Positions 20,607 through 31,240 are shown, counted from the first letter of the stretch. The stretch is DNA of 64,000 nucleotides from an uncultured delta proteobacterium (GCA_963724765.1 CAVRVY010000004.1:1632001-1696000), one strand, 5' to 3'. Notes: a model not told the origin generated them from the sequence alone. Made by a program: numbers and translations.

Positions 20607-21644
20607 ATGTTTTGTCGAGAATTGAACCGGGGTAAATGCAAGACCTACCTGCTGGCCTGCGAACGGACGAGGCACGCGGTGTTGATCGATCCGTTGAAGG
20701 AAAATACGAGCCGTTATATCGCGGTCGCCGTCTACCACGGCCTTCGGCTCGACTACGTGATCGACACCCATACCCACGCGGACCATCGCAGCGGCACCTT
20801 CGACCTCGCCGATCTGACCGATGCGAAAGTCGTGATGGAGCGTCACGCGCCCGCCCCTCACGTAGCCATTCACGTGACCCGCGGCGACGTGCTCGAAGTG
20901 GGCGACCTGCGGCTGAAAGTGCTGTACACGCCCGGGCATACTCCGGATGGAATCAGCCTCATTGTCGATGGGCGGGTGTTCACTGGAGACACGCTGCTGA
21001 TCGGCGGCACCGGTCGCGCGGACTTTCCCGGCGGCGACGCCGGTAAGCAATACGACGCCATCACCAACGCGCTGTTCACGTTGCCGGACGACACTCTGGT
21101 CTTTCCGGCCCACGACTATCGCGGCAATCATCATTCAACGATCGGTCAGGAGAAGGCCTCCAATCCACGCGTCGCCGGTCATACACGCGCGGAATACATA
21201 GACATCATGAAGAATCTCGGTCTGGCGCTGCCCGACAAGATCCAGGAAGCGCTGCAGGCCAATCAATCCGCGATCGACGATGATTCCCTGAAGTTCCCCG
21301 ACCTGACTCAATTGAGCGCGATTCGGCAAATTTCCGCCTCTGAACTGGGGGATCGGCTAAAGGCTGGAAACGCTCCCATCATCATCGACGTGCGTGAGCA
21401 GGACGAGTATCACGACGAACTCGGCCACCTTCGTGGCAGCCAGCTGATTCCGCTCCGGGTGCTGCCTGGCAGAGCGGCTGAGCTCGACAGCCTCAAGAGC
21501 AGCGAAATCGTCGTGATTTGCCGGTCGGGAGTTCGCAGCACCACGGCCGCCGCAATTTTGACCGCACTCGGCTTCGAGAACGTGAGCAATCTTAAAGGCG
21601 GGATGCTCGAGTGGAACGAGGCAGGTCTGCCGGTCGAGCGTTGA
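20607..21644 (+). CDS. Persulfide dioxygenase (ETHE1-like MBL) - rhodanese fusion
   Basis: [34 protein letters not shown]; C-terminal rhodanese IDVRE...CRSGVRS. Confidence 0.9.
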   Translation: MFCRELNRGKCKTYLLACERTRHAVLIDPLKENTSRYIAVAVYHGLRLDYVIDTHTHADHRSGTFDLADLTDAKVVMERHAPAPHVAIHVTRGDVLEVGDLRLKVLYTPGHTPDGISLIVDGRVFTGDTLLIGGTGRADFPGGDAGKQYDAITNALFTLPDDTLVFPAHDYRGNHHSTIGQEKASNPRVAGHTRAEYIDIMKNLGLALPDKIQEALQANQSAIDDDSLKFPDLTQLSAIRQISASELGDRLKAGNAPIIIDVREQDEYHDELGHLRGSQLIPLRVLPGRAAELDSLKSSEIVVICRSGVRSTTAAAILTALGFENVSNLKGGMLEWNEAGLPVER

Positions 21645-21724
21645 TTATTTCGCCTTTAGCCGCCGCCTGGGCCACGCCCCGCTCGACGGAGACCGGCCTG
21701 CGGCAACATACGGAGAAGTCTCTG

Positions 21725-22156
21725 ATGCACAATTTCACACCTTTCGCTTCATTGTTGGGTGGCATGCTTATCGGTCTCAGCGCGTCGGCGATGCTGCTGT
21801 TGGACGGCAAAATCGCCGGTATCAGCGGCATCCTGGCCGGGGTGCTCAAGCCCGTTACAGGCGACACGCTCTGGCGGATTTGCTTCCTTGGAGGCTTGTT
21901 CGCGGGCGGGCTGCTACTCAGGATTTTACTGCCTGGCGCCTTCGACTTCGGCATCATTCGCCCGCTCCCGCTGCTGACTAGTGCGGGTCTACTGGTCGGA
22001 TTCGGTACCCGTCTCGGCAGTGGATGCACCAGCGGTCACGGAGTGTGCGGTATAAGCCGCCTCTCACCACGTTCGCTCGTCGCCACGGCGACTTTCATCT
22101 TCACGGGAGCCCTGGTGGTTTATTTGATAAATCACCTGATGGGAGGTTCACTATGA
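21725..22156 (+). CDS. YeeE/YedE-family sulfur transporter half (PmpA-like)
   Basis: [26 protein letters not shown]. Confidence 0.9.
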   Translation: MHNFTPFASLLGGMLIGLSASAMLLLDGKIAGISGILAGVLKPVTGDTLWRICFLGGLFAGGLLLRILLPGAFDFGIIRPLPLLTSAGLLVGFGTRLGSGCTSGHGVCGISRLSPRSLVATATFIFTGALVVYLINHLMGGSL

Positions 22157-22620
22157 AAGCGTTGCTGACCTCCTTCGTCTCGGGAACGGTGTTCGCGCTC
22201 GGTCTGGGAATCTCCGGGATGACCCGGCCGGTAAAGGTGATCGGCTTCCTGGACTTTTTTGGCGCCTGGGACGCCAGCCTGGCCTTCGTCATGCTCGGCG
22301 CGATCGCGGTTTACTTCGTGGCGTATCGCTGGAGCAGAAAAATGCCGTCACCATTGTTGGCGCCGGACTTTTCGCTGCCAAAGCGCAGCGATTTGGATGC
22401 CAAGCTGATTTTGGGCGCCGCCATTTTCGGCGTGGGCTGGGGACTCGGCGGCTTCTGTCCCGGTCCCGCGCTCACCTCGCTCGCTTCCGGCGCGCTCCCC
22501 GTTTTCATTTTCGTCGTTGCGATGGGGATTGGGATGTACCTTCATACCTGGGTGACCGAATTGGGCGCGACAGCCTCAGGCTGGTCGATCTCTTCGGCGA
22601 AAGGCGCCCAGGATGCATAA
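22153..22620 (+). CDS. YeeE/YedE-family sulfur transporter half (PmpB/DUF6691-like)
   Basis: [28 protein letters not shown]; ATGA overlap with the upstream gene. Confidence 0.9.
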   Translation: MKALLTSFVSGTVFALGLGISGMTRPVKVIGFLDFFGAWDASLAFVMLGAIAVYFVAYRWSRKMPSPLLAPDFSLPKRSDLDAKLILGAAIFGVGWGLGGFCPGPALTSLASGALPVFIFVVAMGIGMYLHTWVTELGATASGWSISSAKGAQDA

Positions 22621-23899
22621 ACGGAGCAGGGCCGTGGACAGAAGTAAATCGCTGGACGCGAGCTTGACCGGGACTGATGGCTCGGGTTGGTTTCCACGTC
22701 GAAGCTTTTTGAAAATGGCAGCCAGTGGCATCGCCGGCGGAATCTTTAGTGGGAGCCTACCGGCGTTCGCCGCGAAGCTGATCCAGATGCCGTTTGAGAA
22801 TGGCGGTCAGAAGCTCGTCCGCTTTCCGCAGAAGGGCGAGATGATCCTGCTGCGTGAGCGCCCGCCTCTGCTCGAAACCCCTTTCGAGGTTTTCGACCAA
22901 GGCGTTTTCACGCCCAATGACCAGTTCTTTGTCCGATGGCATCTGTCGGTAATTCCGAACTCGATCGACGTGGACACCTTCCGCCTGCGGGTGCACGGCC
23001 ACGTGCGCACCCCTACTGAATTCACGCTCAAGGAAATTCTGCACCAACCCAACCAGGTCGAGCTTGCTGCCGTGAACCAATGTTCCGGCAACAGTCGCGG
23101 CTTCTCGTCGCCGCGCGTGCCGGGTGGCGAGTGGGGCAACGGCGCTATGGGCAACGCCCTGTGGACCGGGATTACGTTGAGGTCGCTGCTCGCTCGTGTG
23201 GGCGTGCTGCCCGGCGCCGTACAAGTGCGCTTTCGCGGTCTCGATTTTGGTGAAACGCCGGAAACTCCCGTTTTCATGAAATCGCTCGCCATCGATCACG
23301 CGATGGACGGAGAGGTCATGGTGGCCTATGGGATGAACGGCGCACAGTTTCCGCTGCTCAACGGCTTTCCGCTGCGGCTCATCGTGCCGGGCTGGTATTC
23401 CACATACTGGGTCAAGATGCTCAGTCACATCGAGGTGCTCGATAAGCCCGATGATAACTACTGGATGCACACCGCTTATCTGATTCCGGACACTCCGGGC
23501 GCCACGATGGTACCGGACGCGAAGGGCGTCAAAATGGTTCCGATCAACCGATTGGTGCCGCGTTCTTTCATCACCAACCTTCGTGACAACGCGACGGTGC
23601 GGCTCGGCGTGCCTATCGAGGTGCGCGGCATCGCTTTGGGGGGCGACACCGGGGTCAAGAATGTCGCGTTTTCCGCCGACGGCGGAACGCGCTGGCGGAA
23701 CGCAGCTCTGGGCAAGGATTACGGGCGCTACAGCTTTCGCCGCTGGCACACGAGCTTCGTGCTCAAACAGCCCGGCACCTACAAATTAATGGTAAACGCA
23801 ACTAACAGGAATAGTGTGTCGCAGCCCGTTACCGCGCCCTGGAATCCCGGGGGCTATATGCGCAACGTGGTCGAGCAGGTCACGGTACGTACCGCTTAG
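22613..23899 (+). CDS. sorA: Sulfite oxidase-family molybdopterin oxidoreductase, SorA-like, Tat-exported
   Basis: PRRSFLK Tat motif; FFVRWH, NQCSGNSR (Mo-ligating Cys), GFPLRLIVPGWY. Confidence 0.8.
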   Translation: MHKRSRAVDRSKSLDASLTGTDGSGWFPRRSFLKMAASGIAGGIFSGSLPAFAAKLIQMPFENGGQKLVRFPQKGEMILLRERPPLLETPFEVFDQGVFTPNDQFFVRWHLSVIPNSIDVDTFRLRVHGHVRTPTEFTLKEILHQPNQVELAAVNQCSGNSRGFSSPRVPGGEWGNGAMGNALWTGITLRSLLARVGVLPGAVQVRFRGLDFGETPETPVFMKSLAIDHAMDGEVMVAYGMNGAQFPLLNGFPLRLIVPGWYSTYWVKMLSHIEVLDKPDDNYWMHTAYLIPDTPGATMVPDAKGVKMVPINRLVPRSFITNLRDNATVRLGVPIEVRGIALGGDTGVKNVAFSADGGTRWRNAALGKDYGRYSFRRWHTSFVLKQPGTYKLMVNATNRNSVSQPVTAPWNPGGYMRNVVEQVTVRTA

Positions 23900-23910
23900 A
23901 GGAACGGGCA

Positions 23911-24297
23911 ATGGCACAAATCCGGCACCGCATAGTCCTGGCTACTTTCCTGGTAGGCCTGTCTGCGCCGCTCGCTCACGGCGTCGCGCTAGCGCTAAGC
24001 CCCGCGGCGCCGAGCCGGCATCGCGCGATCAAATTGACGTCGCAAAAGATCGCACTGCCCTTCGGTAATCAGGTCTTCGCAGGAGGCGACGCCGCCAACC
24101 TCACCAATTCCCGCTGCCTGTTGTGTCATTCAAAAGACATGATTGACGCGCAGCCGCCGTTGACCCTCGAGACCTGGAAGAAGGAAATCGACAAGATGCG
24201 TGCGGCGTACGGTTGTCCGCTGCGTGCCGACCAGACTGCCGGCATCGCGAAATTCGTTTCGCAGGCGATCAGCGCGCCCGCTGCCGGCGGCGATTAG
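23911..24297 (+). CDS. sorB: Monoheme cytochrome c, SorB-like partner
   Basis: Signal peptide; CLLCH heme motif; QPPL...W...KM..YG. Confidence 0.72.
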   Translation: MAQIRHRIVLATFLVGLSAPLAHGVALALSPAAPSRHRAIKLTSQKIALPFGNQVFAGGDAANLTNSRCLLCHSKDMIDAQPPLTLETWKKEIDKMRAAYGCPLRADQTAGIAKFVSQAISAPAAGGD

Positions 24298-24421
24298 CAC
24301 CCCGCGTCTTAGCGGCGGGGCGAGCGGCCGCGCCTCCCTGCTGCTAGCGCGACGCCCTCCAGTTTACACCGCCGCAAGTCGCGATGCGCTTCATCGCCGT
24401 TGACCGCGACTATTCGACTGT

Positions 24422-24461
24422 GTTAACGATCGTTCACTCACTTTGGCTGGGTTAACGATCG
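24422..24461 (+). promoter_or_regulatory. Direct repeat GTTAACGATCG x2, candidate operator
   Basis: Copies at 24422-24432 and 24451-24461; the first contains the palindrome AACGATCGTT. Confidence 0.5.
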
Positions 24462-24544
24462 CCCTATTTTACATTGATTGATTGAACGGACGGCGAAGCA
24501 TGCAGCCAGCGAGCCGACCCGAATCAAAGGAGAGTGGTGTTCTA

Positions 24545-24913
24545 ATGAAACGAGTAATAAGCGCGGTGCTGTTTGGTTTCATCATGGTTGTCCTTGTTTC
24601 CAGGATTGCGGTCGCCCAACCAGCCTCACAGCCTTCCGCTGGAGGTGCGCAGCAATCTGTCGGTGCCGCCAGCGGTCACGGTTCGATGATGGGCGACGGA
24701 ATGGGTATGGGCGGTATGAGTGGGATGAGCGGAATGGGCGGGATGAGTGGAATGAGCGGAATGATGGGAATGGGAATGATGCCGATGATGACGCAAATGA
24801 TGAAACAGGATCCCAAGCTGATGGGACGCATGATGGAGCTTCACGGTGAGATGATGCGTACGATGGGTGACGCTCTGATCAAGCGCGGCAAGGAATTGCA
24901 GCAGGGCAAATGA
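24545..24913 (+). CDS. Small exported Met/Gly-rich protein (probable Cu/Ag-binding)
   Basis: Signal peptide MKRVISAVLFGFIMVVLVSRIAVA; GMSGMSGMGGMSGMSGMMGMGMMPMM tract; GGAG RBS. Confidence 0.75.
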   Translation: MKRVISAVLFGFIMVVLVSRIAVAQPASQPSAGGAQQSVGAASGHGSMMGDGMGMGGMSGMSGMGGMSGMSGMMGMGMMPMMTQMMKQDPKLMGRMMELHGEMMRTMGDALIKRGKELQQGK

Positions 24914-25231
24914 TGCCGTCGGTTCCGCTTTGAGTCGCGCCCAGAGCTCGCGGAATGTCGCGGGGCTTCTTCCAAACGATGGTGCTTGTGCGAGCGGTCT
25001 CGTTGGGGGGTTGCCGGTGCGCGTCGACAAGTAGTTCGGGCGAATGTGGCCTAGGCCTCTAATAACCTTCATCCTCTGGTTTGTCGCGAACAATCGCGAA
25101 TTGAGGGCGCAGCTTGAGAGCAATTGCGCCGCCGATGGCCTGTCGGACCGTCTATCCGCCGCCCTCCGGCTACCGCTCGATGATCGCCGACGCTTTTTCA
25201 CTATGTTGAACTGAACAGGCACTGTGGCCGA

Positions 25232-26476
25232 ATGCTTGACCAAGAAGCAATGCAGATCGCTCGGAAACGGCTTAGCGCAGAGAGCTCGAGGCGCCATCAT
25301 TTCTTCCACACAGAACTGCAACGCGTTCAGAACGAACTTGCGACCAAAGGACTGGGACGATCCGGCGCGCTGATTCAGGCCGTTGCCGATGTGTGCGCGA
25401 AAGAGATCGAGGACGCGACCAATCAACTTTGGGAGGTTGTCGGTGCTCTGCTTCGGGAGGGCAATGGCGTCCCCTCGCCTGAAGCGGTTAGGACGCTTCA
25501 CGGCCAGATTGATGAACTATGGGTTCCTTACTGCTCTGCTGGTCCAGAAAGGGAGTTTGAAGCGATTTGCCAGCGTGACAGCGTCAGCCCATCGGTGAAG
25601 AGTGCGACCCATTTCTACGATCGAAGTGTCAGCGCGCGCATGCGGATCCAGTCCCAGGTCGAAGAGTTCATGCGCTCGGCACGCAACCGGCTCTCGCCTG
25701 ACACCAGTCCAAGCCATGAGGGCCGCAATCCTAAAGTGTTTCTGAGTCATGCCGCCTCAGACGAACACATCGCGTTGCTATTGAAGGCAGAGGTCGAGCG
25801 ACGCCTGCCGGGCGTCAAAGTATTCTGTTCAAGTGATCCCGCGGACCTGCCGCCGGGCACCAAGTGGTCCCCGGAAATTCAACAAGCCCTGCAAGAGTCG
25901 GCTATGCTGATCTTTGTTGCGTCGGATCGTGGCCTGCAAAGGCCGTGGGTTTGGTTCGAGTGTGGAACGTTCTGGTTTAGCGAGAAGAAGATCATGCCGC
26001 TTTGCCTCGGAGAAGTTAGGAAGAACGCCCTTCGCCCGCCTCTCTCGGAGTTGCAGGCGATCAATGGCGACGAATCCAGCGACTTGAAGACCGGCTTTGA
26101 CGTCATCGCCGCAGCCACTGGCTCAACCGTTTCTGACGCCTCAGATCTAAACAACCTTTCCGAAAAGCTGGGGCAGTTGGATCGCGAAGCGGCCGCTGTT
26201 TTGAATGCGTCGTCTGGATGGCTCGGGGCCGGGTGGAAAGGAAGATTTCTGGCTTATGATGGTCCTTACGAGCGTTTGAAGGAGATCGGAGATCGCAATT
26301 TCGAAACCTCCATGCAGGAGGCTCTTCAGGCTGTAGGTTACAATGTCGCCCTCTACGAGAAGAACAACTTCGCGGCAATGGGCGACGCCAACCATTTCGT
26401 CCAGTTGACCGACAGAAAATCATGGAGATGTCGCATCGTCAGAGGTACTGCATACCTGGTCGCAACGCCGATCTAA
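25232..26476 (+). CDS. TIR (TIR_2) domain-containing protein
   Basis: KVFLSHAASD, I..AL..S..LIFVAS, WVWFECG (catalytic Glu position), IMPLCL. Confidence 0.85.
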   Translation: MLDQEAMQIARKRLSAESSRRHHFFHTELQRVQNELATKGLGRSGALIQAVADVCAKEIEDATNQLWEVVGALLREGNGVPSPEAVRTLHGQIDELWVPYCSAGPEREFEAICQRDSVSPSVKSATHFYDRSVSARMRIQSQVEEFMRSARNRLSPDTSPSHEGRNPKVFLSHAASDEHIALLLKAEVERRLPGVKVFCSSDPADLPPGTKWSPEIQQALQESAMLIFVASDRGLQRPWVWFECGTFWFSEKKIMPLCLGEVRKNALRPPLSELQAINGDESSDLKTGFDVIAAATGSTVSDASDLNNLSEKLGQLDREAAAVLNASSGWLGAGWKGRFLAYDGPYERLKEIGDRNFETSMQEALQAVGYNVALYEKNNFAAMGDANHFVQLTDRKSWRCRIVRGTAYLVATPI

Positions 26477-26510
26477 CGCTCCACGCTGAGCCGCATCCCG
26501 ATTGCTCAGT

Positions 26511-26673
26511 TGTGCCTCCCGAAAACCTTATCCGGGATGACGGTCGGGTGGGCGTATGGTAATGAAGCGGCCGATGGTCGCGTTTCTGAGCCAGCTGCTG
26601 CTTGCTATCCGGTCGCGGTTCACAGGGCGTGCGCGGCTTGAGGCCGAAAATCTCCTGTCGCTACCGAAAACCT
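26511..26673 (+). mobile_element. Remnant of an rve-integrase IS (left end plus N-terminal codons) followed by a second IS-end-like sequence
   Basis: TGTGCCTCCCGAAAACC end; MVAFLSQLLLAIRSRFTGRARLEAENL resembles the N-terminus of the element at 46557-47851; TGTCGCTACCGAAAACC at ~26657. Confidence 0.6.
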
Positions 26674-26859
26674 CGTTCCGGATGACGGAGTGCGATAGCT
26701 GTGCTCTGCTCGTTGCACGATCCCGACTAAAGTCGCTATATCCATACCGAAGGTTATTTCTCAGAGCGGCATCCGGAAACACCACCTTCAGACCGTCTTG
26801 CGACAATTACGGTCGGCGGACTGGTCGATCGCATTCGTCGCGCGCGAGCACTGCAGACA

Positions 26860-27218
26860 AACGGCATCTTTGGGTTCGCTTTGGGGGAGCAGCGCCAAAA
26901 GGCCCCAGGTCCCGCGACTTAGCACCCCCAGGCGAACTCGAGAAGCGGGTTGCTCTCGCTCAGGTAGTGGACCTCGATCTGATGTTTCCCCGAGCAACCG
27001 GCGGTCGCCCTCTTTCACCAGCTTGTCGCGGTAATAACCAGCCACCCAGTACGGTTTGCTTGTCGCCTTGGGAACCGCATCCGCGCTCAGATAACACTGC
27101 ACGGTCGCTTCGTTGCCTGAACCTCGATGACGGGATTGCTCACACAGTGCCGCAGATAATCCACGGTGGCGTGCCATTGCCGGTGGTAGTTCGCGTACCA
27201 TTCGCGGATCGCGGCGCG
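26860..27218 (-). pseudogene. SnoaL/NTF2-family protein fragment, frameshifted, N-terminus missing
   Basis: RAAIREWY...LRHCVSNPVIEV/GNEATVQCYL...GYYRDKLVKEGDR; boundaries approximate. Confidence 0.65.
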
Positions 27219-27313
27219 GAAGTAGAGGATGTGCGCGTGCCTTTCAATCGCCCAGCGCTTACCATGTTCGTTCGGGTCGCGTAGATTCGCGGTGTCACCA
27301 CGCGGAGGTCCCA

Positions 27314-28467
27314 ATGGCGGCGGAGCGCAAGGGTGCGATCGAAATCTTCAAAGTGGCCGGCATCCAGGTCGCCATCGACTATTCCTGGCTGATCATCTTC
27401 GCGCTAATCCTTTGGTCACTGTCCTCGGGATATTCCCCGCGAAGTATCCCGGCTATTCGACCGGCAGTTACTGGCTGGTGGGACTGGTTGCGACCATCCT
27501 GCTCTTTGGCTCGGTGCTCGCGCACGAGCTGTGCCACGCGGCGATGGGGAACCGACTCGGCGAGGAGGTGCACCGGATCACGCTGTTCATCTTCGGCGGA
27601 ATGGCGGAACTGGAGCACGAGCCCAGCAGCGGGATCGATGAGCTCAAGATCGCCGCGGTGGGTCCGCTCAGCTCGCTGGTGATGGCGGCAATCTTTTGGC
27701 TGATCGCGCGCGGGGTCGGCGCGGCTCCGGCGATGGCGCTGTGGGGAGCGGTCTTCTCCTATCTCGCCTTCATCAATCTCGCGCTCGCACTGTTCAACCT
27801 GCTGCCCGGATTTCCGCTCGACGGGGGGCGCCTGCTGCGCGCGGCGTTGTGGATGCACTGGGGCGATCTGGGCCGCGCGACCGCGGCAGCGGCCGACTGG
27901 GGCAACACGATCGCGTGGGGACTGATCGCGTTGGGCGCGCTGGAAATCTTCGGGGGCGGGCTGATCGGTGGGCTGTGGCTGATATTCATCGGGCTGTTCC
28001 TGCGCAGCGCCGCATCATCGGGCTACCAGAACATGATCGTCAAGCAGGTGCTGTCAGGCGCGCGCGTGCGCGAGATTATGGTGCGCGATCCGATCGTGCT
28101 CGGCCCCGAAGAAACGGTAGCCGGTGCCGTCGAGAACTATTTCCTGCGCTGCGGTTTCGGCGGCTTTCCGGTTGCGGCGGATGGAAAAGTACTGGGCGTG
28201 GTGACACTTGCGCAGGTGCGCGAGTGTCCTGCGTCCGAGCGCGCGAGCAGGCGCATCAGCGAGGTTATGCGGCGCGCCGACCGGACAATCGAGATTGCTC
28301 CCGGTGCCGGCGTCATCGATGCGATCCGGCAGATGGCGGCTGCGGATATCGGACGGCTGCTGGTCGTCGACCAGGGCAAGCTGGTTGGCCTCATCACGCG
28401 CACCGGCGTGACGCGCTACGTGCAGACCAAAACGCAGCTCTCCGCGCCCGCCGGCACCGCCGATTAA
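27314..28467 (+). CDS. Site-2 protease (peptidase M50) with CBS pair; frameshift near 27434
   Basis: HELCH, LFIFGG, NLLPGFPLDGG, C-terminal CBS domains; one missing T (TAT TCC vs TAT TTC). Confidence 0.9.
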
Positions 28468-28939
28468 CGAGTCCGGCCGAGCACGGGACCCGTACAAAGA
28501 CGGCCGAATGGAATGCTTCGTTTACATTCTCGGTAGTTTCAGCACAGACGGATATTGAACCCACGTCGGCTGGACCAACGATCTGGATCGACGTCTTGCC
28601 CAGCGCAATGCCGGCACCGGCGCGCGCTCAACGCGGGGGCGGGTTTGTGTCTTGCTGTTATGCCGAGCAGCACGCGACGCGCCGCGAAGCGATGAGCCGA
28701 GAGTGGCACCTGAAACGTGACCGGACGCTGCGCAAGCGGCTCGCGCAAGGCGGTTGACGCAATGATTTGCGAGCAAGAAGTGCAGCCTGCTCGGCCGCAG
28801 TTTGAGGCGGCTGTGCCGACCGTCACGTTAAGGCGAAGGACCAGAGCCGGGTGCTGTCCGACTAGATTAGGACAGTACCCCGAATCCGCTTGACCTTGGG
28901 CCTGGGGGCCCGGGTGGAGTATAAAAAGAAGACCAAACC

Positions 28940-29269
28940 GTGTTTAGCCGACTTCTCAGAATGCAATTGATGGGTCCGCTGCAGATACGCGGGCTGATAA
29001 TGTTTCTGCCGCAGTTCGTCCGCGTGTTCTACCGCCTGATGCACGACGCGCGTGTCTCCGTGCTGGCCAAGGCGGTGCCGTTGCTGGGCGTGCTCGCGTT
29101 GATTTCGCCACCGCTGCTGGAACTCGACTTCATCCCCATCATCGGCGAACTCGACTGGATCCTAGTCGGTTTCATCTGCCTCAAAATCTTCATCTGGCTG
29201 TGCCCGCCCGACGTGGTGCGCGAGCACGTGAGCAACGTCGCGCGCGGCGTCCAGCGCCAGGGAGCCTGA
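28940..29269 (+). CDS. DUF1232/YkvA-like small membrane protein
   Basis: RLMHDARVSVLAK...ISP...DFIPIIGELD. Confidence 0.75.
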   Translation: MFSRLLRMQLMGPLQIRGLIMFLPQFVRVFYRLMHDARVSVLAKAVPLLGVLALISPPLLELDFIPIIGELDWILVGFICLKIFIWLCPPDVVREHVSNVARGVQRQGA

Positions 29270-29357
29270 TCGATTCGACCACGTTCGGACGATCAGGGCA
29301 ACTCGTCTCAGCGTCGCAAACTATAACACGACGCTGTCGTCTGACAGTTTAGAAACC

Positions 29358-29391
29358 GGTACCGGCAGTTCGAATTCACTTCGCTCCGCTA
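29358..29391 (+). other. Degenerate tRNA-Ser 3'-end-like sequence, candidate att site
   Basis: GGTACCGGCAGTTCGAATTCACTTCGCTCCGCTA resembles the T-arm and acceptor end of tRNA-Ser (GGTACCG..GGTTCGAATCC....CTCCGCCA); ~250 bp downstream of the recombinase. Confidence 0.5.
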
Positions 29392-29642
29392 CGGAGTCTA
29401 GGGTGTCGTACTTCTCCAACGAAACCGATCAAATTAGCGCGTTTGCGGCCCTTGCATGCTGGCGAAGTGCACCGGAGAGGGCTGAGCGATGGTTGAGTAG
29501 GCGAATGGGTCGGATTCTCTCCATCGCAGGAAGAGGCGGTGGACTTCGGCGATTTATAGGTGGCGCAGAAGTTCGTCAATGCGATGGGTTTGGAAAACAG
29601 AAGTACCGCAACACTCCAGGAAGTGGTCCCTGTGCGGCGTAG

Positions 29643-30572
29643 CTAACAGGCAGGATTTGCGAAGCCGAGCAGTTTTTCTTGCGCTTGCCAACTTAGCGGA
29701 AAATCGCCGCGGCCGGTCGACAGAAACTGAGCGGTGAGTTCCGGCGGCTGGCGCCCCTCGGCAATTCTTTCGACGATCGCGGGCGCGAGGAAAGCCAAGC
29801 GAATCATTCGACTGACGTAGCGCTTACCGACACCCTCCCGCTTACCAATTTCAACCATCGAAACCGAACGACCCGATACTAGATCGTCAAACCAACGGTG
29901 GGCCCGCGCGTTGCCTTCAGGATCGTCGAATCAATCCTCGGCGATGAACCGGAGCCTCCGTCGATGACGAGCCGCATCTCAATTCCGCGCCGTCTCACTC
30001 GCAGCGGTATCTGACGGGTGAGCGATAAGTGGGTCGTGGCACTCGCCGCCGGTTTTCCGGAAGTCCGGATCGGCAATCTGATTGAGAGTCGAATACCATC
30101 CTGGTGCAACTCCGCTCGATCGACCAGCGATTTTAATGCCGTCGATGCCTCAGCCTCTGATCGAAGGCGCGTGCTCCATTCCGCGGCGGTCGCAAAGATC
30201 GAAGTGATGTCATGCGCGTCAAGTCCAGCCTCATCGACGTCGGCCACAATTGCTGTGCGTTCGTCGAGAATCTTGGCGACGGCGGCGGCCAGGTTGCGTT
30301 CGATCTCCAAAGCAGGAACACGCCAAGTCTGTCCAGACTTACGTGCGGTTCCTTTCATCAAACTGCGCGAGACGTAGTATCGATACCGACGATTGCCCTT
30401 GACTGCGTGACTCGGTGTCAGCCGTTCACCTCTTTCGTCGAACAGCTTGCCGATCAGCGGACTGGAGATCGATCCGCTCGGCTTTCCATCGGCCCGAACC
30501 CCATGGAGGCGCAGAAGTTCCTGGGTTCTGTTCCAAACTGAACGTTCAACGATCGGCTGATGCTGGCCCGCA
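29643..30572 (-). pseudogene. Large serine recombinase, C-terminal half only; frameshift near 29900
   Basis: GQHQPIVERSVW, PLIGKLFDERGERLTPSHAVKGNRRYRYYVS, RRRGIEMRLVI, RLAFLAPAIVERIAEGRQPPEL...LPLSW-type tail. Confidence 0.85.
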
Positions 30573-30702
30573 AGACCTCTTCTTGGTCGAGGCCTGGCTC
30601 CAAAATGAGCACGGCATGAACTCGCTCCAGGCCGACGACCGCCGAATCGCGGACTCCGGGGAGCCGATTCAGCACCAGCTCGACGTCTTCAGGAAACACC
30701 AA
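30573..30702 (-). pseudogene. 130-bp fragment of an AMP-binding (acyl-CoA ligase) gene
   Basis: VFPEDVELVLNRLPGVRDSAVVG...VHAVL. Confidence 0.65.
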
Positions 30703-30826
30703 TCACCGCAGACCGCACAGTTCGCTGGGCTATAGATCACCCGCTCCCGAGGCCATCTTGCCCTTGCCATCAACCCAGCTCTCTCTGTAGTGCTGGATCG
30801 CCAACCGGGGTCAGGTCAATACGCTG

Positions 30827-31240
30827 TTATTGCTTCGAATTCTTCCCGTTCACTCGCTCATAGACCCCGCGGCTCTTTCGCTTCACCATCTTCGCATCAA
30901 TCCAACGCGTAATGGCCGCGAAGACCTCGGAGGGCCGCTTATCCTTGGTCATAGGCACGGCACGGATATGCGAGGCCTTGAACTGCTTAGGCAGTTTCTC
31001 CAACACAGCTTGCCAATTGATTCGACCGGCGCCTTTTCCTGATACGCCACGCTCCGACCGGCTAGCAGGAGCACTTCGCTGTCCAGCGAACGCGGCGAGT
31101 TTAACCTCGTCATCTCGCAGCCGCCGCAGTGCTGACTCTTTGGCGCGGATCTCCTGAGCTAAGCTTTTCAAGACTTGGCGCGCCTTACCTTGAACCTGAC
31201 GAAGTGCGGAGCTGACTTGAGTAGCGGGACCACGTGGCAT
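30827..31240 (-). CDS. Small basic protein, coiled-coil N-terminus plus predicted winged-helix C-terminus
   Basis: LKSLAQEIRAKESALRRLRDDEVKL; SEVFAAITRWIDAKMVKRKSRGVYERV; GGAGG RBS. Confidence 0.7.
   Translation of the reverse strand: MPRGPATQVSSALRQVQGKARQVLKSLAQEIRAKESALRRLRDDEVKLAAFAGQRSAPASRSERGVSGKGAGRINWQAVLEKLPKQFKASHIRAVPMTKDKRPSEVFAAITRWIDAKMVKRKSRGVYERVNGKNSKQ

Noticed and set aside
26556-27284. 242-aa ORF as a real protein
   Set aside because: It is a composite of an IS N-terminal remnant, antisense SnoaL sequence and an unrelated 3' fragment.
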